Below, piece after piece: positions 9,357-17,407 of a stretch of DNA of 43,495 bases (its first letter is position 1; each line of letters begins with the position of its first letter). Source of the DNA: a virus (taxonomy: Duplodnaviria; Caudoviricetes); IMG/VR virus record IMGVR_UViG_3300011444_000006, positions 1-43,495 of that record, one strand, 5' to 3'. The notes beneath the pieces are model-generated. The model searched no databases. It worked only from the letters and a program-made list of their open reading frames with translations, and was not told where the DNA came from. Made by a program: the position numbers and the translations under genes.

Positions 9357-9619
9357 TATCCGATTTCCTTCATGAGCCTGCCCGGTCCCCAACGCTTGTC
9401 AGGCGGTGCGCCGTGCTTCGCTTCATACGCGCTTCGGAGCACGTCGAGGTCTTCGGCGGGGTCCACCACTTCTTCAGGTTCCGTTCCGTGCTTGGCCGCG
9501 ATGATCTTCTGTCGTTCTTCATTGTTCGAAACCACCCATCCGGCTTTCTTGAGCGTTTCCACTTCGCCGTCGGCCGCGTGCATCCAACCGCTATTGTCAG
9601 GCCATTTCATCAGTTTCAT
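9356..9619 (-). CDS. Hypothetical protein, 87 aa
   Basis: AGGAG RBS and coupled to gp4-like. C-terminal LRSAYEAKHG..PDKRWG..RL mini-domain is common in phage head operons. Confidence 0.65.
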   Translation of the reverse strand: MKLMKWPDNSGWMHAADGEVETLKKAGWVVSNNEERQKIIAAKHGTEPEEVVDPAEDLDVLRSAYEAKHGAPPDKRWGPGRLMKEIG

Positions 9620-10142
9620 GCTGCTTTGCTCCTTTTTTTCCGACAGCCATAAGGTTATGGTCAGGCATACGTTTCACCGTTACCTGATCGAATCCGGCGC
9701 TGCACAACGCATCGGCAAGCGTTTCTGAAACGAACGCCGTGTGGTGCGCATAGTACGCATTCTGCCGCACGTATGAAGTCTTGCCGTAATACAGGTCCAA
9801 CCCGCAGATTGGTCCGCCGGGGGACTCATAGAGAACTTCACGGTTACAGGTCACGCCCTCCACGTCAGGCACGAAAATAATGACGCTGCCGCCAGGATTC
9901 AACACGCGCAGGAACTCCGAGAGCGCCTTCGGCACGTCGTAGTCGTACAGGTGTTCCAGCGTGTGCGCCGTGTAGATATGGTCGAACGGCCCGATGTCGC
10001 CCAACTCCGTGATGCTGGCGACAATATCCGGTTTGCAGTCCGGGTCGATGTCCAGGCGCACTTCCGTCACCCCGTGCGCCCAAGTGGGCAGCGGTTCGTG
10101 TCCGCAGCCGGGGTGCAGGAGAGTGCCGGTCATTCCCATCAT
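9597..10142 (-). CDS. Class I SAM-dependent methyltransferase, about 181 aa
   Basis: LLHPGCG motif I, RLDIDP, FDHIYTAHTLEHL and EFLRVLNPGG. Start taken at the ATGA overlap with the glycosyltransferase stop. Confidence 0.85.
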   Translation of the reverse strand: MMGMTGTLLHPGCGHEPLPTWAHGVTEVRLDIDPDCKPDIVASITELGDIGPFDHIYTAHTLEHLYDYDVPKALSEFLRVLNPGGSVIIFVPDVEGVTCNREVLYESPGGPICGLDLYYGKTSYVRQNAYYAHHTAFVSETLADALCSAGFDQVTVKRMPDHNLMAVGKKGAKQHETDEMA

Positions 10143-10873
10143 GCCGCCCTCAAGCGTTGTGGCGGAACCGGATTCGCGGACTCGCTTCCACCAGGGCAAG
10201 ACAGAAGGTAGTCGTGGAACGTGCCGCCATATCCCTTGTCCGGGTTGTGATGAACAAGGTTGAGCTTCGGCAATATCCACAGGTCGCCGCCAAGCGCACG
10301 CCAGCGCCGAGAGAAGGCGAAATCTTCGCCATGCCACATCCAATCTATCGCCCCGTGATTGAACAGGTCAACACTCGGGTTGCACCTATCCCCGTAGCAC
10401 AGTTCAGGGTGCGCGGCGATGAAACGCGAGACAGCATTCCGAGTGACCTTCAGGAACCCGGCCGGAATGAAATGCGCCTTCACCGCGCCATCAGCCCTCA
10501 CCTGCGGCAAGCCCTGAATGTCAGGAATCAGTGTCCCCATGAATTCCACTTCATCGGTCTTGAATCGGTAATTGCCGGATACAACATCGCCTTCTGCCTC
10601 GATCAGCGTCAGCAGGTCTTGCGCATCCCAAGCGAGGTCGTGGTCAATGAAAACGATGTGCGTCGCCATCGCGTCGAGTGCCTTCCTCAGCATGACGGAA
10701 CGCGCGCAGGAAATATAGGGCGAACCAATTTCGTACACCAGAGAATGCGCCCATCCTGCGGCTTCAAGCAGCGGCACCGATGCCCTGATGCTGTCAAGGC
10801 AGCACTGGTACGGCTTGACGATGGTAGGCACGCAAAACACTACATGCTTTGCGAGCTTTCGTTGTTCAGGCAT
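10139..10873 (-). CDS. GT-A fold (family 2-like) glycosyltransferase, 244 aa
   Basis: VVFCVPT, SPYISCAR, THIVFIDHD (DxD), PAGFLKVTR, GEDFAFSRRWRALGG and LVH. Confidence 0.8.
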   Translation of the reverse strand: MPEQRKLAKHVVFCVPTIVKPYQCCLDSIRASVPLLEAAGWAHSLVYEIGSPYISCARSVMLRKALDAMATHIVFIDHDLAWDAQDLLTLIEAEGDVVSGNYRFKTDEVEFMGTLIPDIQGLPQVRADGAVKAHFIPAGFLKVTRNAVSRFIAAHPELCYGDRCNPSVDLFNHGAIDWMWHGEDFAFSRRWRALGGDLWILPKLNLVHHNPDKGYGGTFHDYLLSCPGGSESANPVPPQRLRAA

Positions 10874-10884
10874 CGTATCCTTTC

Positions 10885-10912
10885 AAAAACGGGCGAGCCG
10901 AAGCCCGCCCGT
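10885..10912 (-). terminator. Intrinsic terminator downstream of the coat gene cluster
   Basis: Minus strand ACGGGCGGGC-TTCG-GCTCGCCCGT followed by a T-run. Confidence 0.85.
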
Positions 10913-10919
10913 CTGTTGG

Positions 10920-11270
10920 TTACGGCGCGACGTAGCCGACTTCGCCCGGTTGCAGGACGTGGCCGGGTTGACCGAACGGCGGATTATCGACGATGAGCGA
11001 GGGCGGCAGAGCCGGCACAGGCTTCGCCGCTTCGCCAGCTTTGGCGACAAGCGCATTGATCTTGTCGTGGTTCACGTTCAGCTCGGCGTCGATTTCGTTG
11101 AGCTTTTAATGGTTTTCCACCGCATCGGACTGCGGCTTTTGCTTGGCCCTGGCCGCAGCGGCGGTAGCTTTTTCAGCGCTGATTCTAGCCACTTGCGCCT
11201 CGATCGCGTCGATCCGCAGACCCTGGTACTTCACCTTCGCCAGCACGTCGTCAAATGTTACGTTTGCCAT
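10920..11270 (-). pseudogene. 117-codon gene interrupted by one in-frame TAA (11106-11108): 54-aa product, or 116 aa with readthrough
   Basis: AAGGA RBS, then MANVTFDDVLAKVKYQGLRIDAIEAQV...VENH*KLNEIDAELNVNHDKINALVAK...GYVAP*. It ends just before the terminator. Absent from the ORF track. Confidence 0.7.
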
Positions 11271-11315
11271 GATGATTCCTTTTCAGTTAAAACAGTGAAA
11301 AAATAGTTGAGACAA

Positions 11316-11558
11316 TTACGCAGTGGCCCAGACGCCTAACCCTATCAGGGTCAACTGGATTTCCTGAAGCGCGGCCAGATGGCTTGCGACAAACAGGCTG
11401 CCGGCGGAAGTCACCAGCGCCGAAGTCGCGTGTACCGCGCTGGAATACGGCCGCTGCACTACGGGGACCGCCCCGTAGAACGATACCTTTTCCGTGGCCG
11501 ATGACCCGATAATCGCGCCGTCCGGGCTGTTGTACGTCACTTGTTCATAAGATGGCAT
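11316..11558 (-). CDS. Small post-coat protein (possible capsid decoration/cement), 80 aa
   Basis: AAGGA RBS, directly after the coat gene. PDGAIIG.SATEKVSFYG.PVVQ motif. Confidence 0.6.
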   Translation of the reverse strand: MPSYEQVTYNSPDGAIIGSSATEKVSFYGAVPVVQRPYSSAVHATSALVTSAGSLFVASHLAALQEIQLTLIGLGVWATA

Positions 11559-11587
11559 GATGCTGTTTCCTTTTCAAAAAGTTTCGG

Positions 11588-12838
11588 TTAAGCGTTCGCT
11601 GCGCCGATCATGCGGCAGCCCCAAGCAGGCCGAAGCGCGGCCATGCCGTAGAGGATGTCCAGACGCATCAGCAGTTCGTCGTTGCGAATGTCCGATCCCA
11701 TCCAGCAGCGCATCGAAATACCGTCTTTCACCGCGCGCTGGCACTTGTGGGCGTCGTCCATCAACGGCAAGTCGGCCGTAACGAACTGGTAGGCTTCCTT
11801 GTGGTACATCAGCGATTCGACGTAGGAAGTCGATGCGAGGCCGACAAAGACAACCGCCTTCGTTTGCCAGTCGGTCGTGCCGTTCAGGTCAGCTCCGGTT
11901 GACGTGGCTACGTTCTTCTTCGGCCCGGTGAGATAGATCGTAGGAGAAATTACCGGGTTCGCAGCCGCAGGCGTTACGATGGTGAACTGCTTCAGGCTCG
12001 GATAGGCGGCTTTCGTCTCCGGATGAACGTCATAGACGCCGGCAACGGTGAACACGGAACCTACGACTTGCTTCGTGATCCCGATGTCGGTTCCGATTCC
12101 GAGCGTTGCCTGCCCGTTAGCCATCGTCGCGGCGCCGTTGGTATTGCCCGTCACGTCATCGGAATTGGTCAACGTCCACAGGCGCTCGTTCTCGTAGTAG
12201 TCGGCCATCGCGGTTCGCGCCACCATGCCTTCTCGGTACTGCTCAGCGATTGCATTGGACGGATTGAAGTAGGACGCAACACCGTTCACGAGCCCGCCCA
12301 TCGTCACCGAATCCATCTGGATCGAGCGGTCGCCCTTTGGGGCAAGGGCTTGATTCAGCTTCGCCCTGGCGGCGCCAGGGACGACGAGCGTGGTAATCCC
12401 GGTTCCAGCCGTTCCGACCGAGTTCGCGGTGGCCTTCGTGCAGTAGGCCAGGAAATCGGATTCGATTCCAGATACCAGCACAGCCATTGCCGGTTCGATG
12501 TAGTTCTTCGACAGGTCATCGAACGCAGCGCCGCTGTTGACAGATTGGATCAGTTCCTGCGAGTTGAATCGCATATCCACACCGTCTTGCGTTGCGAGCG
12601 TGATGTTCTGCGTGGTTTCATTCTGATCCTGAACTTCCATCACGCGGGAACCCTGGCGGCGAACGTACTGGTTCGGTTCTCGGACCCGGATGGTCTGGCC
12701 GTTGGGTCCGCGATTGGGTTCGTACTGAAAGTACTTGTCGTATTGCCGGTCCACCGTTCCGATGAACGTTAGTTTCTCATGCGCGAGCCGCAAGCTCTCC
12801 TTCAAAACAAGATCAACCACTTTAAGCACATTAGACAT
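11588..12838 (-). CDS. Major capsid protein (P22 gp5-type), 416 aa
   Basis: MSN start, VDRQYD, GQTIRVREP and the C-terminal RLDILYG...RPAW signature. AAGGAG RBS. Confidence 0.93.
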   Translation of the reverse strand: MSNVLKVVDLVLKESLRLAHEKLTFIGTVDRQYDKYFQYEPNRGPNGQTIRVREPNQYVRRQGSRVMEVQDQNETTQNITLATQDGVDMRFNSQELIQSVNSGAAFDDLSKNYIEPAMAVLVSGIESDFLAYCTKATANSVGTAGTGITTLVVPGAARAKLNQALAPKGDRSIQMDSVTMGGLVNGVASYFNPSNAIAEQYREGMVARTAMADYYENERLWTLTNSDDVTGNTNGAATMANGQATLGIGTDIGITKQVVGSVFTVAGVYDVHPETKAAYPSLKQFTIVTPAAANPVISPTIYLTGPKKNVATSTGADLNGTTDWQTKAVVFVGLASTSYVESLMYHKEAYQFVTADLPLMDDAHKCQRAVKDGISMRCWMGSDIRNDELLMRLDILYGMAALRPAWGCRMIGAANA

Positions 12839-12844
12839 GATCTA

Positions 12845-12912
12845 AAACTCCTTCAGCGCCTCTCGGCGTTAGACTGTTTAAGGAGAGTGCGGACGGCGCC
12901 TCCCGGCGTTAG
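12845..12912 (-). promoter_or_regulatory. Structured coat-gene leader (duplicated GNRA hairpin plus anti-SD)
   Basis: CTAACGCCG(G/A)GAGGCGC occurs twice (12896-12912 and 12856-12872). An upstream CTCCTT is complementary to the AAGGAG SD. Confidence 0.55.
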
Positions 12913-13709
12913 CCCGATCCCCTTCGAGCGATTTGCTCTTTGCGCCACTTCTCGAATTCCTTCTGGCTCATGTCCGACGGGTCTTTTGTTGACGCCGCGC
13001 GGTTGGTGCCAATCGGTTCGATCGGTGCCGGTGCTTTCGATACCTGTGCGGGAGGCGGAGCGGACAAAATCTTCGCTTCCATCCTTCCCAATTCGGCCGC
13101 TTGTCTTGCCGGCGAGAGCTTTGCGATGCGCGCTACTTCTTCAGGATTCTCCGCCATGAACGTCATCAGCCTAGGTGCGATGTCCGATTCGATGACCGCA
13201 GACGCGATTACCTGCGTTAGCGGTAGGTCATCGAATGCGGCGCGGTCGAAGGCGGGTAGCTTCTGCGCTTGCGCGTAGAGTGCTTCCGTCCTGTCCACCA
13301 TCGTCCGTTGCTGTTCCTGCGCTCTTTCTGCGCGCCCCGATTTGTCGCGTTCGGCAATCTTCCAGTCGGCTACGGCTTCAACCCATTCCTCGTCGGTGCT
13401 GAACTTAGCACGTTCGGGGCGGACGGTTGACGCAGCTTCGGTTGCTTGCCTTTGCGGGATCAGGCGCTCCAGCGTTTCCTTGTACGCTTTCAAAGCCCTG
13501 CGTTCGGCCTTCGATTCGGCCTTCGCTTTTTCCTTCTGAATGATTTCGTTCAACTCTGCTTGCGTAAACGATTTTTCTTCAGCCTGAGTATTGACTTCGC
13601 CTTTCTGGGTCTCAGTGGTTCCAGGTGCGGGTGCTACTGGTTCCGGCGTAGCTGCCGGCGCCGGCGCAACCGGCGAGACTTCCACACTCAACTGCTCTGC
13701 TTCTGCCAT
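12909..13709 (-). CDS. Scaffolding protein, 266 aa
   Basis: Pro/Ala/Glu-rich N-terminus, coiled-coil body and C-terminal SKAPAPIEPI...MSQKEFEKWR. Directly upstream of coat. Confidence 0.85.
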   Translation of the reverse strand: MAEAEQLSVEVSPVAPAPAATPEPVAPAPGTTETQKGEVNTQAEEKSFTQAELNEIIQKEKAKAESKAERRALKAYKETLERLIPQRQATEAASTVRPERAKFSTDEEWVEAVADWKIAERDKSGRAERAQEQQRTMVDRTEALYAQAQKLPAFDRAAFDDLPLTQVIASAVIESDIAPRLMTFMAENPEEVARIAKLSPARQAAELGRMEAKILSAPPPAQVSKAPAPIEPIGTNRAASTKDPSDMSQKEFEKWRKEQIARRGSG

Positions 13710-13773
13710 TTTCGTTCCTTCTTAGGATGACCTTGCGGCCAGACCCCGGAATCGTCCGGGTGCGTATTCGTTT

Positions 13774-14946
13774 TCATGCCGTTATGCTCGAAAGCCAAGC
13801 ATCAGAGTTCTGCAGCGCAAATATCCTCACATTGGCGATGGTTCCGCGCCACAGTGCAGCGCCGCCTTGCGCGCCGATTTCGATTACCGGGCCTGATCCC
13901 ATCGATCCGTCGAAAACGCTGGTTGCCGGTGCTGCGCCGTCGCCGGTGACGGACATTCCGGCAGCGCCCCACGAGCTTGCGCGTTTTCGCACTCCGGTCG
14001 CCATGTCGGTCAATCCGGCTTTCACCGTGTTCGTCACGCCGTCATAGACGCGGATTGAAGTCGTCGCGTCCGTGTGGAGCATCCTGCCGTTCGCCGTTGC
14101 AGCCAGAGCGCCTGCTCCGCTAATAGGACCACCTGAAAGCGACAACTCCGCATAGGCAGAACCTTGCGTGAAGTCCATGTTGCCCGCGCTAGCGTAGGTC
14201 AGAGAATCAATAGCCCTTGCCGCGCCTGCGGTCGCCATCGGGCTTGTTGCCTGCGGCGCAGTCGTACCTAACGCCTCGAACTGATGGAAATCGATTTCGA
14301 ACTGATCCCCGGCAGTTCCGCCAGTGAAGCCGTAGGCCGAATTCAGCACGTTCGCGTTCAACTGGACGCGGGCGTAGGTAACGCTGTTCAGGCTTGCGGT
14401 CACATCCGAAGTCGTCACGCCCTGCTGGATGACGAGCGTTCCTGTTCCGGTCTTGCGGCGGACGAATGCGCTGTAGGTGCGAAACGAAGCCGCAGCGACA
14501 AGCGTTTGCAGGATAGTGCCACCGCCTACCGTGATCGTGATCGTGCTGGCCGAGTTCGCAACGCCGTCGATGCCGGTCGCGTTCTTTGCCGCCGTCACGT
14601 TGACCTTCGCCCAACTCGCGTCGGTCATGTCGCGGATGCTCGCGGTCGGCGTGACTAGCTGAGTCGCGGCTGGCTCGGGGAAGTAACCACCATAGGCACC
14701 GACCGCCGTGTTCTGGCCGATGTAGGCGGAACGTGCTACGCCAGTTGCTACCTGCGCCCAAAGACCTGAGGAGAGCTTCGTCCACGCGGCCGAGGCGCGG
14801 GTGAAGGTCGGAGTCGGAGAACCGAAAGCACTGCCCGGAACGAGATTTACGATCCCGTTTCCCAAGTCGTTAAGCGGCAGGTAAAAGGAAGGCGCAATAC
14901 CGACTGCGCGGCTTCCATTCCACAACCCGATGCCGATGCCGATCAT
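13774..14946 (-). CDS. Head spike fibre-like protein with LamG/concanavalin-like C-terminus, 390 aa
   Basis: MIGIGIGL N-terminus, TFTRASAA, EPAATQL, RAIDSL and C-terminal IEIG...WRGTIANVRIF. Follows the spike-base gene. Confidence 0.65.
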   Translation of the reverse strand: MIGIGIGLWNGSRAVGIAPSFYLPLNDLGNGIVNLVPGSAFGSPTPTFTRASAAWTKLSSGLWAQVATGVARSAYIGQNTAVGAYGGYFPEPAATQLVTPTASIRDMTDASWAKVNVTAAKNATGIDGVANSASTITITVGGGTILQTLVAAASFRTYSAFVRRKTGTGTLVIQQGVTTSDVTASLNSVTYARVQLNANVLNSAYGFTGGTAGDQFEIDFHQFEALGTTAPQATSPMATAGAARAIDSLTYASAGNMDFTQGSAYAELSLSGGPISGAGALAATANGRMLHTDATTSIRVYDGVTNTVKAGLTDMATGVRKRASSWGAAGMSVTGDGAAPATSVFDGSMGSGPVIEIGAQGGAALWRGTIANVRIFALQNSDAWLSSITA

Positions 14947-14950
14947 GTTT

Positions 14951-15214
14951 TCAGAGCAGCCCTATCAGATTCGTCGCAGTCGTTAATGTGCTGTTGATGC
15001 GGGAAGCTCTAACCGGCAGCACCGACCCGGACTGCGCATTCTTGAACGTGAGCACGTTTCCGGCAGGCGTTACCGCGACCACATCGCCTGACACTCCGAT
15101 GTAGATTCCGCGCACGACGTTGGCGAAGTTGACCGTATCCGAAGGCGTGATGGCAAATGCGTCCTCGGCAGACAGGTTCGATGGCGCGTAGTTGGTTTGG
15201 GACGGTGTTGCCAT
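14951..15214 (-). CDS. Head spike base protein (RcGTA Rcc01079-like), 87 aa
   Basis: AFAITPSD...RGIYIGVSGDV...TFKNAQSGSVLPVRASRI.ST.TTATNLIGL matches my recollection of this family. Confidence 0.75.
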   Translation of the reverse strand: MATPSQTNYAPSNLSAEDAFAITPSDTVNFANVVRGIYIGVSGDVVAVTPAGNVLTFKNAQSGSVLPVRASRINSTLTTATNLIGLL

Positions 15215-15217
15215 GAC

Positions 15218-17407
15218 TTATACCTCCGTAGTAGCTTTGTTTGCCGCTGCTGTCTGTGCCTGCACCGCTTGACTGGCGGCTTGAATCTGCGCGACTGAGA
15301 TCTGCGCGCCCTTGGAAATCTCTGCAACTTCAATGGCGGTACGCGCCTTCAATTCAGCGCTCCACTTCTCGAAGCCGGCATCGCTTACGGCCTGATCCTC
15401 CCTCAACTGGTGCTCCGCCAGAGCCTTTCTACGGGCGAGTTCGATTTCGTTCTCCTGCATCTGATGCTTCAAAACCCCTTCCTGCGAAATCTCCTGAAGC
15501 CTGGCCTCGTGCTTTGCCTGATCGGCTTGCGACTGCACATGGACTTTCGCCATCGTCGCCTGTACGCCGGATTCAGCCTCCTTGAGTGCTTGCGTGAGTT
15601 CCGCGATGTGCTGCTGCATGGCTTGCATCTGCTCCCGCACTTGAGGCGGAAGCGCTGGCGGCCCGCCATCACGCAGTTCAGGCGGCAGGGTCTTTTCAAG
15701 GCGTTGAGCCAGTTTCTCAGCTCCGGGGAAGTCCTGCGCCTCCATGATAAGGTCTCCCGCCATCGCCATCAGTTGCGGATTCTTTCCGGCAAGCTCATTC
15801 AGGCGCACAGCCCCTTCTTGACGTTGTGTCATGAAAGACGGCCCGGTGTCGATCGCCACGTCGTACCGCCCGAGTAGCGGGTTGAAAATCTTCTGGATTT
15901 CACCGTTCACACCCATCTGCTCGGAATACGGAACCTTTGCGCCAGGGTCAAGGCGGGCGTGTTCTTCCTTTCCGTCCACGCCAAGGATGCGCACGATTTG
16001 CGAAGTGTCGTAATACTTCTGGATCAGGTTGATGATGACGCGCATCTCGTAGCGTAGAGCACGGGCAAGATTGTCCGGAAAGTGAAACGTGGCGATTTCG
16101 CCCTGCACCTTCAGACGTTCGATGCCGATGCCTGAAGCCGCCTCGCTCTTGATTCCGAAGTTTGAATTCGTCTGCCCGCTGGAGGCCCGCATCTGCTCGG
16201 TTGACAAGTGGAGCAACTGAATCTGCGCGGCAGGCATGACGGCTGGTTCCTGGCGCTTAGGCGCCGGCAACTGGTTCCCGGTGCTATCGAACGCATTGAA
16301 TAGCAGCACTGCGTCAGTCGATGTGTTCGCGGACTTCCATTCCGCCTCGTGGCCCTCGATCGCTTCGGCGGCGGCAAGGTACGGAATCTTGTTCTGAAGC
16401 GCAAGCGTCTGCACCGTCTCGGAGTAGGCGTAGTTCACCATCCGGGCCGGGTCTTTCAGGTCGCGCACCTGACCCTTCCTGACCATTTCTCCGTCCACAT
16501 TCACTTCCCGGCCTACCACGCTGATAATCGGCAGGAATTCTCCAAGCCAGTCTCTTTCCATCACCGGCTTGTCATGACCTCCTACCAACTTGCACCAGTG
16601 CCACTTCGTGATTTCTGTAGGCCGTTCCTTGACGACAAGCGCGCCTTCGGGCAGCGCTGATTTCAGGACGCCAGTACCGTCTGCCAAGAGACAGGCCGTA
16701 TCCTTCTCGTAGGTGCAGTAGAAGTACTCAGCCCGCCTGAAAGTATCTTCGCCAACCCAGGCGTTGCCCTTCAAGTCGTCGCCCCATGATTTCGGGTCGA
16801 TTTCCGGATGTTCACGTTTTCCCTGCTCGATTGGAATGTCCTCGAACACGAAACCCCACCTGGCATCGGATCGGTCCAGTTCCTTTGTGTTCGGGTCGAT
16901 ATAGACCTGCTGCGGGTTCGGACAGGCTTTGACCTTGATGACTTGGCGGTGCGAGGTCGGCGTCTCATACTCTGTAATGATGCGCCAGTAGCCTTCGCCA
17001 CCGTAAACAGCGTGCTCGGCGCCAACATCGTGGGCGTCGTCAGCACTCGAAGCCGATTGGATGTTGCGCACGAGCCCGGCAAGCATTTCCGCAGTTCGTT
17101 TGTCCCCGCCGCTGTCAACAGGGGACACCTTCCCCGTCGGCTTATTCTGCCGGATGGCGTTGATGATCTGGTTACAATGTTGTGAGGTCGTGTTGACGGT
17201 TAGGCAAACACGTTTCGCGCTCGATCGTTCGTCGAAGTATTCCGCCGGCCATTGCCAGTGATTGTCAGAGTCGCCCATGACGAACTTCGTGTCCTCGATG
17301 GCGAGCTTCCTCGACTTGGAATAGAATTCCTGCGCGCGGGCGAACCGCTCGTGCGCCTCGGTGACGATTTCCTTGGGCGTTGCGGCGGGCTTTTCGTACT
17401 CGGCCAT
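15218..17407 (-). CDS. Portal protein (P22 gp1-like, with long C-terminal helical barrel), 729 aa
   Basis: Follows terL. Motifs QW, CLTVN, GEGYWRI, GQVRDLKDPARMVNY and GRYDVAIDTGPSFMTQRQE. Gln/Ala/Glu-rich tail. Confidence 0.92.
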   Translation of the reverse strand: MAEYEKPAATPKEIVTEAHERFARAQEFYSKSRKLAIEDTKFVMGDSDNHWQWPAEYFDERSSAKRVCLTVNTTSQHCNQIINAIRQNKPTGKVSPVDSGGDKRTAEMLAGLVRNIQSASSADDAHDVGAEHAVYGGEGYWRIITEYETPTSHRQVIKVKACPNPQQVYIDPNTKELDRSDARWGFVFEDIPIEQGKREHPEIDPKSWGDDLKGNAWVGEDTFRRAEYFYCTYEKDTACLLADGTGVLKSALPEGALVVKERPTEITKWHWCKLVGGHDKPVMERDWLGEFLPIISVVGREVNVDGEMVRKGQVRDLKDPARMVNYAYSETVQTLALQNKIPYLAAAEAIEGHEAEWKSANTSTDAVLLFNAFDSTGNQLPAPKRQEPAVMPAAQIQLLHLSTEQMRASSGQTNSNFGIKSEAASGIGIERLKVQGEIATFHFPDNLARALRYEMRVIINLIQKYYDTSQIVRILGVDGKEEHARLDPGAKVPYSEQMGVNGEIQKIFNPLLGRYDVAIDTGPSFMTQRQEGAVRLNELAGKNPQLMAMAGDLIMEAQDFPGAEKLAQRLEKTLPPELRDGGPPALPPQVREQMQAMQQHIAELTQALKEAESGVQATMAKVHVQSQADQAKHEARLQEISQEGVLKHQMQENEIELARRKALAEHQLREDQAVSDAGFEKWSAELKARTAIEVAEISKGAQISVAQIQAASQAVQAQTAAANKATTEV

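Noticed and set aside
11106-11108. Genome-wide stop-codon reassignment
   Set aside because: TAA, TAG and TGA all terminate intact core genes (coat and portal TAA, terL TAG, gp10 TGA), no suppressor tRNA is seen, and this is the only such case noticed.
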